Shown here: positions 50,823-62,458 of the stretch, one piece after another | Numbering within the stretch: the first letter of the stretch is position 1 | Layout of the letters: the number at the start of each line of letters is the position of its first letter | NCBI GenBank assembly: GCA_030390025.1 | Contig: CM059431.1 | Coordinates: 108,564,001-108,628,000, forward strand | DNA: 64,000 bases | Direction: 5' to 3' | From: Squalus acanthias | Taxonomy: Eukaryota | The notes under the pieces: model-generated | The model's database searches: none | The model's input: the letters and a program-made list of their open reading frames with translations, nothing else | Told to the model about the DNA's origin: nothing | Position numbers and translations under genes: made by a program

Positions 50823-51154
50823 ATAGAGAAAGATGAGTTAAAGTTTCATCTGGCAGTCTTTATCAGCAGCTCTGATGAAGAGTAACACTTGAAATATTAA
50901 GACGGTCCTCTCATCAGATAATTCCATTAGTTAAGGAAAAATGAGTTACCACAATATTTAAATAAAACGAAAATCACAATCACTAGGATGACTGTTGAAT
51001 ATTGGCACTTTCTTGTTTAAAAGGTGTGCTATGTATCGGGCTTAGTAGAGGAGTTATACGTCCAGTTATGTTAGAAGTTTCAATAAACTTTCCTTGACAG
51101 CCTATCAGTGCAAAAATATTCTTTTTGCTGATGGACTGTGAGGATAGAAATACC

Positions 51155-52149
51155 TCAGGTGAAGTAAATTAGATACAGAATCTCCAAAGCATATATAGAT
51201 GGAAAACAAAGAATGTGTACTTTACAATTGCAGACCAATAAATTAAATCATCCTGACTATCTGCCGAGGTGTGATAAAGTTAATTAAGTCAGCCAGGAAG
51301 GTACCACATCAAAGACATAGCAAGATACAACTGAGACAATGAGGTGTAGTCGCAGGGGTTCTAACGTGTCAAAAGCTGCCGTCTGTATGTAAAACAAAAA
51401 GCTTTAACATTTTTTTACTTTTTTACTGGGAAAATTTTTACTTTTTTTACTGGGAATCACATCTGTGAACAAGCTAACGACGACTCGAGTCCGGATCACG
51501 TCATGTATCGTGACATAAACCCAAGATCCCGATTGAGACCGTCTTCATGAGTGCGGAACTTGGCTATCAGTTTCTGCTCGATGATTTTGCGTTGTCGTGT
51601 GTTTCTAAGGTTGCCTTGGAGAACGCTTACCCGCAGATCCGAGGCTGACCATGCCAGATCATCAACACAGATACCACCATCACACGTGAGGACACTACCC
51701 ACCAGGTACATGGTACATACTCATGTGACTCGGCCAACGTTGTCTACCTCATACGTTGCAGGAAAGAATGCACCGCGGCATGGTACATCGGCGAGACCAT
51801 GCAGACACTGAGACAACGTATGAACGAGCACCGCGCAACAATCGCCAGGCAGGATTGTTACCTCCCAGTCGGGGAACACTTCAGCAGTCAAGGACATTCA
51901 GCCTCGGATCTGCGGGTAAGCGTTCTCCAAGGCAACCTTAGAAACACACGACAACGCAAAATCATCGAGCAGAAACTGATAGCCAAGTTCCGCACTCATG
52001 AAGACGGTCTCAATCGGGATCTTGGGTTTATGTCACGATACATGACGTGATCCGGACTCGAGTCGTCGTTAGCTTGTTCACAGATGTGATTCCCAGTAAA
52101 AAAAGTAAAAATTTTCCCAGTAAAAAAGTAAAAAAATGTTAAAGCTTTT
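51155..52149. mobile_element. Penelope 3' fragment with inverted duplication (GIY-YIG C-terminus and 3' UTR)
   Basis: Plus segment 51649-52149 encodes VVYLIRC...WYIGET...DLGFMSRY; 51397-51648 is the reverse complement of 51898-52149; 51155-51396 resembles pLTR 8985-9140. Confidence 0.92.
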
Positions 52150-52835
52150 CGTACTGAGTGAGCTGAAAGTCCTTTCTCTGCTGCACTTCCCATATGTAAC
52201 GCGATCCCACTTAAGCAAGTGTGAATTTTCTGAGAACAAGCCGGCTCGCAATTAAACAAGTCAATTCACCAATTGCAGTATTTTTGTAGTTGTACTTCTA
52301 ACAGAAACAGCAATTTGCCAGACAAATGCTGTAAAAGGTTAATAGGACATAAAAGATGTCTGAAGGCTGAATAGGAAGTATATAATTCAGTTTGCAAGGG
52401 ATGTTTACTTTAATAGACTTCATGCGACTAGTAATCATTGATACGACTGCGCCACTTGCACCCTTGAGGTAACAAAAGTGAAAATTAACCCAACATTCCA
52501 GATCTGGGTAAATGAAATGAAGATAATTGTGTCATGCAGAGATCATTAAATCTAATAGAAATATTATGATATGTAAAATCCAAGACAAGCAGAATATATT
52601 CCATTAACGAGATCCCTGTTAAATGGAATCTCGATGCTAGTTGATAACCACACATTCCAATATTTACCGACACAATCCACTGGCAAGTGCTCTGAACCAC
52701 ATTGGCGTTGTACAGAAGTCTAATTTATAATGTTACTTTATTCACCAGGGGCAGCTGTTGTGTTTCCTAACTGCAGTGCGTTGTAGGTACCCTGCCATCA
52801 CTGTGGATTGCGTGTGGTCGGCAGATGTACTGTAT

Positions 52836-52980
52836 AAACATAGAAACATAGAAGATAGGAGCAGGAGTAGGCCATTCGGCCCCTCGAGCCTGCTCCGCCA
52901 TTCAATGCGATCATGGCTGATCATCCAAATTCAGTACCCTGTCCCTGCTTTCTCCCCATATCCCTTGATCCCCTTAGCCT
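52836..52980 (-). mobile_element. CR1 3'-end fragment
   Basis: AAACATAGAAACATAG tail and CR1 3' UTR. Confidence 0.85.
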
Positions 52981-53182
52981 TAAATTCCTGTAGAATCTTG
53001 GGTTACAAAAAAAAATCATATATCTATATATACGATGAATATTGTTGTCTGGAACTTCTCCATATGGAATTTGAAAATATCCTGTTGATACCAAAAACAT
53101 ATCTGCAACACTTAAGCAAAATGGCACCCTTATCCCACAGGCAAGGCCATGTATCTATCTTTGCCCATGGATTAAATGTAAT

Positions 53183-53945
53183 GGCCCGAAAATTAAACCT
53201 AATATGCGAGAGTACGCACTGTGTACTCTCGCGTATTAGATCCCGAATTGCCGGTTTCCTGCATGCACTGCGCATGCGCGGGAAACCGGCACTTCGTGAA
53301 TTGAAAAGGGGGCGGTTCCTAAGTGAATCACGTGCGCACTACAGGCTGTGCGCACGCAGTGCACTTAGTTTTTTTTTCAGCTTTGAACGCGCAGGTAAGT
53401 GGTGAAGATTTTACACACAAAGAAAGCAGGCGTAGGACCCCCTTTTAACAAGGTAAGTAGTTAATTAAGTGTTATTTAAAAAAGATTTCAACAGGTTTAT
53501 CTTTTTTAGAGACTTTAAAGAAAGGTAAGTTTATTTTTATAACTTTTAAAAAGATTTTAAATTTTTTCAAAAATTTAATTTTTTGTTTAAAGTGGTTAAT
53601 TTATTTAACGATACTTATTTTATTAATATGATGGCTTTTTTTAAATTTAATTCAGGTTTAGCTGTTCTTTTGGGGGGGTGTAGTATTCATAGCTTTGACA
53701 GCTCTTGCCGTCAAAACTATGAATGAAAGATGGTGTGCTGCCATTGGCTCTAACTGAATCACGTGATCCCAGAGCTCGCATGAACTAATTGCATCTCTGG
53801 GTCACGCAAGCACTGCACGGTTCCAACAGAGAGAGCCTTTGAAACTAAAGTTCGTGTGGGCCCGGAGCAAAAAGGTAGGCGCGGAGTGCGATATCGCGGG
53901 GAATCCTTACCCCCGCGGGAACCATCCATGTTTAATTTCTGGGCC
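53183..53945. mobile_element. Harbinger-type MITE with AAT TSD
   Basis: TIRs GGCCCGAAAATTAAAC / GTTTAATTTCTGGGCC; AAT at 53180-53182 and 53946-53948. Confidence 0.82.
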
Positions 53946-55964
53946 AATATGTGGGGGAATTTCTAGATATGTGTGTTTGGTTATGTGGCTAAAACTTGTG
54001 AAAAAAGTTATACAGTACAGGTGCAAAGCACAGGCAGGCCATGCTCCACATTTGTGTCATTTTCTCAGAATATATTGTGGGAAAGAGAACTAAACAATAA
54101 TAATAATATAGCGCCTTTAATGTAGTAAAACATCTCAAGGTACGTCACAGGAGCCTTATCCGAAAAAAATTGACACTAAGCCACATAAGGAGATATTGGG
54201 ATAGGAACCTTGGTCAAAGAGCTGGGCTTTAAGCAGTGTCTTATAGGAGGAGAGAGAGGTAGAGAAGCGGGAAAGTATAGGGAATGAATTCTCGGATTAA
54301 AAGCAGATTTTCCTAACTCCTCCCCATCCCACCTGGAGTTACGTCAGGCATGGTGCACCTGAGGTGTGCTCCACCTAACCTCAATATTGGGTTTAGGTCA
54401 CTTTAATCGGACTGGTGTACCCCTGGCACTAGAACGCCCCTTAGCTGGTGCTTGTGTTTGGAAATGGGGGGACCAAAGTCAATCGCTGCGGCATCAGTGG
54501 TAATGACCATGGCTTTGGATCCAATACACCAGCCAGAAGGCATCCAGGTTTGATGCTCGTTCTACTGAACCTCCAGAGGTTTGCACCCAGACATTTCTCA
54601 GATCCACCAATCTGAGTGGGCTGGGTGCAAGAAAATAAGGCCCACTACCAGTAGGTGCCCCTGGTGGGAAGCCTGAGGACAGCAGAGGCCCAGACCTCCC
54701 TTGTGCGGCTCGGTGGAGCACCCTCGCTCATCCTAGCCCCGCAAAGGAGAGCTTAACACTTACTTTACAGGGCCTCTTCTTCCTGCAGACCAAGTTTCAC
54801 TGAGCAGGATGGGCTTGGCAGGCACCCCACTCAGTTGGCAGTTAAAATGCCATCGGGATGATGGCATCAAAGGACTCCGATTTCCATATATTAACGAGGC
54901 TATCGCCTGACTCGGACGGCTCCTTGGTCACCTTAAAAAAAAAAGGCCCAGTTAAGATGGCGGCGGGCTGGAATCGAGCGGGAACTGGGCGGTATGTTTC
55001 CAGAGGTGATTTTAACTGTGGCCGCATGTTGCCGCCTGGATGAGGGGGTTAAAATCACTTCTCCGGTGTCACAGAACTCTAGCCCCTTTTTCCCTAATTT
55101 GTATCCAGAAGATAAGTGTTCCCCAGGCATAAAACAAAGGAAAATTGGCCCTTAAACATCCAAGTGGTGAAGAAATGTTGCTGCCCTAAAGACTAGCAGG
55201 ACAGAGGAATCTTTTTGAAAGGACTACTCGATACCTGTGTATTATGAGGGTAGAGATTCTGTCGCCAATGTTATCATACAAACACTTGAACGTAATCGCA
55301 CCAGATTCCTCTCTCCAATGTTTTAACGGAGGCATTGGTGTGTTTTAAATAGTGGAGAGGTGAATGCGGTACAAAGAGGTTTAAGCATTTGTACGATCAT
55401 GTCGCTGAGAGTCATTCCTACCTTATCTGCAACCAAATGGTTCAACGAATAAAGCGGTTGAAGGGCTAGTTGTGGACATGGTTAACCTCTTCAATCACGC
55501 TGTCTGTTAGCATAAAAGTACTAATCACATACCAGGAAGGTACTTTCACGCTTTCTTGCCTGGTAGTTTACTGCTGACATAAGTTCCCAAACAATGCACA
55601 GCTGGAGTCTATTATAATTCCACTTGTAGGAAAGCTAGCAAAATGTAATACTGTCTTATTAAATACATTTTGAAATAGTTGGAGGGAAATATTCCAAAGA
55701 AAATCTCACTTAATATCCTGATCATAAAGTAAAATATGCAGAGATTAAAGAGACCAGTACATGTTAATAAAACTCAGAGCAAAGCTACTTAAACTAATTA
55801 TATCCAAAATTGACAGCCTGGCCTCTATTAGCTTAATAGCCAACAGTTTCTTTTCCAGTAAGTGTTATGGCACTGCCCAGTATTAATACATCATTAACAA
55901 GATAGTATCCATATGATTTCAGCTGAGTTGACAGTCATGTGTTTGACCTTTAGCTCTTTTGATG

Positions 55965-56650
55965 GGTCAGACTTTGCTGAAGCAGGGCATCTAACGGTGT
56001 CAGCTCAAAGAATGTTTGCCTTCTAAGTTTCTAAAAGTGCGAGCTGATAACGGTGCAGTGAGGGAATGAGAACATCTGGGACCTGAGTGAACAGGGCAAC
56101 CAACAGGGTACCTCATTAACCAATCGGATTGAAGGATTGGGAAATCAACAGCGGAAGGACTGAGCAGGAGAGTGAATTAAAGGGGGTGAATTCAACGTCA
56201 AATCAGTTACAGAAAAATAAGCAAAGTGAGGGAAAGAAAGATTGGATTAAGAGAAGGAGATAAAAGAGACAGAAATGAAAGGTAAAAAAAAATATTGATA
56301 TCTAAAATTTGACTTTTTAAAAAATCTCCTCAAACAATTCACAACCTGAAGGGATGAGACGCCACACTTACAATAGTTAATTTTCGGTGCCAGAGAGGTT
56401 GGTGGGCAGTCATTAACAATGATCATATTGTTAAAAAAGGGTACTTACACTTGTAATTACTAGCCCTAACTACCTGCGGTGCGTTTAGTTCGTATCTACC
56501 GCGCGAATACAGCAACTTCATGCCATTCCATGCATTTCAGTGGTGAGGCAGACAGCCAGATGCCATCCTCACGAAGTTAACGGCAACTCAGACAGCAACT
56601 TTTGGGTGTTTGCGTTTAAATGCGCTTCTTGCCCCTCGCCTGAAGTAAAG
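55965..56650. mobile_element. Truncated MITE, paralog of 36848-37673
   Basis: Shared blocks, e.g. AAAGTGCGAGCTGATAACGGTGCAG, GGAAAGAAAGATTGGATTAAG, AATACAGCAACTTCATG. Confidence 0.75.
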
Positions 56651-57149
56651 GTGTAAAATGTCATCGCTTTTGTAAAAGTCACGAATCAACCTCAGGAGTT
56701 TTTAAAATTTTCCTTAGATCGGCCACAATACCTTGAAAGAATAAAGTAGAAGGATGTTCTCCAACCTACAGATCAGTTACCACGGAGATAAAATGTTTTG
56801 TTCTCCTTCTGCTGGACCCCCTGGAGGTACAGTGGATCGCAATACAGTAATAACTTATCACAAGGGACCTCACACAGATTATCTAGAGATTACTTATCCA
56901 TGGGAATAAACTCTTGTTTTTCTATTATTTCCCTTGTGCCAGGTTATTAATGTTATAAAGGGTTTCTTCTTGTGCATGCAGAAGATGCCATGCTGCACAG
57001 AATATAAACATAGAAGCATATGTCATAATTCTGCCCCTTCTGGAAACTATCCTACAAGCAAGCTTGTTTAAAATAGCGCTCACATTTAAAAAAAAAATAG
57101 TGGAACGCCATTTTGGAATAAACCTACTTAGGATAAATTCTCTAAGTCC

Positions 57150-59613
57150 TGGTCGGAGATTTCAACTCCCCCAATATTAACTGGGATAGTCAGAGTGTGA
57201 AAGGCTTAGAGGGTGCGGAATTCTTAAAGTGCATCCAGGAGAGCTTTTTGAGCCAGCATGTAGAAAGTCCTACAAGAGAGGGGGCGGTACTGGACCTAAT
57301 TCTAGGGAATGTAGCCAGGCAAGTGGTAGAAGTGTCAGTAGGAGAGCATTTTGGTGACAGTGACCATAATTCGGTGAGATTTAAGGTAGTCATGGAAAAG
57401 GACAAAGATGGACCGGAAATAAAGGTTCTAAATTGGGGGAAGGCCGATTTTAATATGATAAGGCAGGATCTGGCCAAAGTGGACTGGGATCAGCTACTTG
57501 TAGGAAAATCCACATCAGAGCAGTGGGAGTCTTTCAGAAAGGAAATAGAGAGAGTACAATGCCAACATGTTCCCATAAAGGTCAAAAAGCCCAGGGAACC
57601 CTGGATGTCAAGGGATATACAAGAATGGATTAGGGAAAAAAGGGAGGCTTTTGGCAGATATAAAGGACTAAAAACAGTGGAAGCCCTAGAGGAGTACAGA
57701 AAGTGCAGGGGGGTACTTAAAAAATAAATTAGGAGAGCAAAGAGGGGGCATGAAAAAACACTGGCGGGCAAAATAACGGAAAATCCCAAGGTGTTTTATA
57801 AGTATATTAAGGGCAAGAGGATAACCAGGGAAAGAGTAGGGCCCATTAGGGACCAAAGTGGCAATCTGTGTGTAGAGCCGGAAGATGTGGGTGAGGTTTT
57901 AAATGAAAATTTTGCATCTGTGTTCACTATGGAGAAGGACGATGTAGGCATAGAAATCAGGCAGGGGGATTGTGATATACTTGAACAAATTAGTATTGAG
58001 AGGGAGGAGGTACTAGCAGTTTTAGTGGCCTTAAAAGTGGATAAATCCCCAGGCCCAGATGAGATGTATCCCAGGCTGCTGTGTGAGGCAAGGGAGGAGA
58101 TTGCAGGGGCTCTGACACAAATTTTCAGATCCTCTCTGACCACAGGGGAGGTGCCAGGGGACTGGAAGACAGCTAACGTAGTACCATTATTCAAGAAGGG
58201 TAGTAGGGATAAACCAGGGAATTACAGGCCAGTGAGCCTAACATCAGTAGTAGGGAAATTATTGGAAAAAATTCTGAGGGACAGAATTAGTCTCCACTTG
58301 GAGAGGCAAGGATTAATCAAGGATAGTCAGCATGGCTTTGTCAGGGGGAAATCATGTCTAACCAATTTGATTGAATTGTTCGAGGGGGTGACTAGGTGCG
58401 TGGATGAGGGTAGTGCAGTTGATGTGGTCTACATGGACTTCAGTAAGGCTTTTGACAAAGACCCGCATGGGAGACTGGTCAAGAAGGTAAGAGCCCATGG
58501 GATCCAGGGCAATTTGCCACATTGGATCCAAAATTGGCTTAGTGGCAGGAGGCAGAGGATGATGGTTGAAGGTTGTTTTTGTGGCTTGGAGCCTGTGTCC
58601 AGTGGTGTACCGCAGGGATCAGTGCTGGGTCCTTTGCTGTTTGTAGTGTACATTAATGATTTAGATATGAATGTAGGAGGTATGATCAGTAAGTTCGCAG
58701 ATGACACGAAAATTGGTGGAGTGGTAAATAGCGAGGAGGGAAGCCTCAGGCTACAGGACGATATAGACAGGTTGGTCAGATGGGCAGAACAGTGGCAAAT
58801 AGAATTCAACCCTGAAAAGCGTGAGGTGATGTATTTTGGGAGGACTAACAAGGCAAGGGAATACACAATGAATGGTAGGACCCTAGGAAGGACAGAGGAT
58901 CAGAGGGACCTTGGTGTGCATGTACATAGATCCCTGAAGGCAGCAGGGCAGGTAGATAAGGTGGTTAAAAAGGCATATGGGATACTTGCCTTCATTAGCC
59001 GAGGCATAGAATATAAGAGCAGGGAGGTTATGTTGGAGTTGTACAAAACGCTAGTTAGGCCACAGCTGGAATACTGTGTGCAGTTCTGGTCGCCACACTA
59101 TAGGAAGGATGTGATTGCATTGGAGAGGGTGCAGAGGAGATTCACCAGGATGTTACCTGGGCTGGAGCGCTTCAGCTATGAAGAGAGACTGGACAGGCTG
59201 GGGTTGTTTTCCTTGGAGCAGAGAAGGCTGAGGGGGGACCTGATTGAGGTGTACAAAATTATGAGGGGCATAGATAGGGTAGATAGAAAGGAACTTTTCC
59301 CCTTAGTAGAGGGGTCAATAACCAGGGGGCATAGTTTCAAGGTAAGGGGCAGGAGGTTTAGAGGGGATTTGAGGAAAAACTTTTTCACCCAGAGGGTGGT
59401 TGGAATCTGGAACTCACTGCCTGAAAGGGTGGTAGAGGCAGGAACCCTCACAACATTCAAGAAGCATTTAGATGAGCACTTGAAACACCATAGCATACAA
59501 GGCTACGGACCAAGTGCTGGAAAATGGGATTAGAATAGATAGGGCTAGATGGCTGGCGTGGACACGATGGGCCGAAGGGCCTATTTCTGTGCTGTATAAC
59601 TCTATGACTCTAT
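57150..59613 (+). mobile_element. 5'-truncated CR1; ORF2 with one in-frame stop (57725)
   Basis: ORFs 57197-57727 and 57791-59533 share a frame; [12 protein letters not shown]; (ACTCTATG) tail. Confidence 0.93.
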
Positions 59614-59909
59614 GGTCCATGGTGAGGTAGTTGCTCACTGCAAGCACTGATCCATAAACGGCAGGTGTGCTGCTGTGATTTTCTAATCTGCACTCTCTGC
59701 GGGCCAGGTCATTTCCACAGGCAAGAACTCAGAAAACCGACCCTCATATCTCATCATCGCGAATATTTCAAGATGTGCCCTTTATGGAACTGGTTTGCCC
59801 ACTGGATTAGAGCATTGCCCATTCATCACCAGGTCTGAATGAAACCCTGACTGTTTCGACGAAAGGTTCCCATATGAAATGAGTTTGAACAGTCCCGACT
59901 CATTCCCTA

Positions 59910-60290
59910 CAGATCATAGGAACAGGAGTAGACCATTCAACTGCTCCAGCCTGTTCCACCATTCAATTAGATCATGGATGATCTGTATCTTAATGCCATC
60001 TACCCGCCTTGGTTCCGTAACCCTTAATATCATTGCCTAACAGAAATCTATCAATTTCAGTTTTGACATTTTCAATTGACCTCCAGCCTCAACTGCTTTT
60101 TGGGAGAGAGAGTTCCAGATTTTCACTACCCTTTGTGTGAAGAAGTGCTTCCTGACATCATCCCTGAACAGCCGAGCTCTAATTTTAAGATTATGCCACC
60201 ATAGGCAAACCCCACTAGAGGAAATAGTTTCTCTCTATCTACCCTATCAAATCCTTTAATTATCTTAAACACTTCAATTAGATCACCCAT
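59910..60290 (-). mobile_element. Degenerate CR1 3' fragment
   Basis: Similar to 30290-30680. Confidence 0.8.
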
Positions 60291-61162
60291 GTGCCCACAT
60301 ACAAAATTTCTCCTAATTTAGCACTAATTTGTACTCAATTGACAATCTCACTCAGAGGGCCACGCAATGGCTGGTGGAGGAAGTGGAAACACTCACAGGA
60401 GCGCAAGGAAGGGTTCTGTTTGGAGTTTGGAATTAAGACACAACACTGGGCAAAAAATAAAAGCAGACTTACCTGAGCTATGCTAATCCTGAGCTAGGAG
60501 CTTGATGCTGGAATTAGGTGACTAAAGCAGAAAAGGTGTTTACTGGTGTTTAGATTATCTGAATGGGCACAAATTTAATCAAAAAATATTAATGAATAAA
60601 AGCAAAATTTGAACTCCTTGGGGAAGTATGTTCAAATTTAAGAACGGGGGGTTTGGATTTCTGCAGGGGTTCTCCCGACTGTGCACCGTAACTTCATGGA
60701 AGATCCATGGAAACCCTAGAGAAATGATAGAAGTGCCATTTACACCATTTCTCCAGGGTTTCCACGGATCCTTGATGAAGTTACGATGGACAATCAGGTG
60801 AAAGCTGCGGAAAGTCCATCCTCAGAGCTTTAGGGATGAATGCATAGATTTGCTCCCTCAGAGAAATCTCACTTAGCAAGAATTCCACAAGGCAACATTC
60901 CTCCCTCGACAAACCCCTCAAAAAAAAATTATGCGATCGTTCATTTTATTGCTGTTTTTTGGGATCTTGCTGTGTACTAAACAGCTGCTGCATTTGCCCA
61001 CATTATAATAGTCACTGCATTTCAAAATAATTCATTGTATGTGAAACATTTTGGGAGATTCTGAGACATAATTAGGTGTTGTTTAAGTGAAAAGTCTTGC
61101 TGTAGCTTTTCATTCAACTACATGGTGAAGCTTCTACCCAATGCATTATTGGGCAACATGCA

Positions 61163-61805
61163 GCAACAACAACAACTTGTATTTATATAGCACCTTTAAC
61201 ATAGTAAAATATCCCAAGGTGCTTCACAGGAGCGTTATCAAACAAAATTTGACACCGAGCCACATAAGGAGATATTAGGACAGGTGACCAAAAGCTTGGT
61301 CAAAGACGTAGGTTTTAAGGAGTGTTTTAAGGTACAGTTTACCTGACGAAGGGGCAGCAGCTCCGAAAGCTCGTAATTTTAAATAAAACTGTTGGACTAT
61401 AACCTGGTGTTGTGCGACTTCTCATTTTTGTCCACCCCAGTCCAACACCGGCATCTCCGCATTTGGAATAGTCAAGTCTAGAGGTAACAAAGGCATGGGT
61501 GAGGGTTTCAGCAGCGGATGAGCTGAGGCAAGGCGGAGTCGGGCGATGTTACAGAGGTGGAAATAGTGATGAGTGATGGCGCAGATATGTGGTCGGAAGC
61601 TCAACTCAGGGTCAAATATGACACCACGGTTGTGAACAGTCTGGTTCAGCCTCAGGCAGTTGCCAGGGAGAGGGATGGAGTCGGTGGCTAGGGAATGGAG
61701 TTTGTGGCGGGGACCAAAGACAGTGGCTTTGGTCTTCCCAATATTTAGTTCGAGGAAATTTCTCCTCATCCAGCACTGGATGTCGGACACCAGTGTGACA
61801 ATTTA
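61163..61805 (-). mobile_element. L2 fragments with a Penelope pLTR piece inserted
   Basis: (TTG)n tail as at 50338; SDIQCWMRRNFLELNIGKT...GVIFDPELSF. Confidence 0.85.
61339..61462 (+). ncRNA. Solo Penelope pLTR 3' end beginning with a hammerhead ribozyme (61339-61376)
   Basis: UUAC-CUGACGA-A-GGGGC(AGCA)GCUCC-GAAA-GCUC-GUAA, then sequence matching the reverse complement of 8868-8950. Confidence 0.8.
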
Positions 61806-62197
61806 GAGCACACTGTTAATATATTGCTGATCTTCTTGGAGAAATATTGTACAGTTCTCTCTCCAACTGGTCCAAGAATCTAATTCTTTGCAGCTCAAGC
61901 ATCTGTTGAATTAAAGGCCTGTTTTCCCATGTGCCTCAGTGCATCTGATCTCCGTTGGAGTTCAGGATTGAGCAGACACGTTATGTGTCATAGTTGCACT
62001 CAGCAGCCAACTGTACAACCTCCCTTCTTCAAAGAGCTGTGTAACATTTAGCTGCCACCAAATTAAACCATCATGATTAATCCAAAGAAGTGTAGCTTGC
62101 CGTGCATTATTTTGTGACAGGAGTTGCATATCATTTCCACAGTGATGGAACAATAGGCCTCCTTATATAGGTATGCCATATAACTGTCATGTGCACT

Positions 62198-62458
62198 GGG
62201 TATAGTAGCGTGGCCGTTACTTTACTGGATTAAGCAATCCAGAGGGCTGGACTAATAATCCAGAGAACATGAGTTCACAAACCCACTATGGCAGTTTGAG
62301 AATTTGAATTCCGTTTAAAAAGGAAATCCGGAAATAAAAGGATGGCATCAGTAAAATGCGACCATGAAGCTGTCAGATTGTTGTTAAAAACTGCTTTACT
62401 AATTTTATTCAGGGAAGGAATCCTGCTGTACTTAGCTGGCCAGGCCTATATGTGACTC
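62198..62458 (+). mobile_element. SINE 5' portion, apparently interrupted by the retroviral insertion
   Basis: Degenerate tRNA-like head (GAGTTCACAAACC B-box-like); body recognised from memory as a shark SINE; the sequence changes abruptly at ...ATGTGACTC|TGTG. Confidence 0.55.

Noticed and set aside
4980..59496. Numerous 60-270 aa ORFs overlapping the CR1, Penelope and Harbinger genes on the opposite strand or in other frames
   Set aside because: Shadow ORFs of transposon coding sequence with no independent support.
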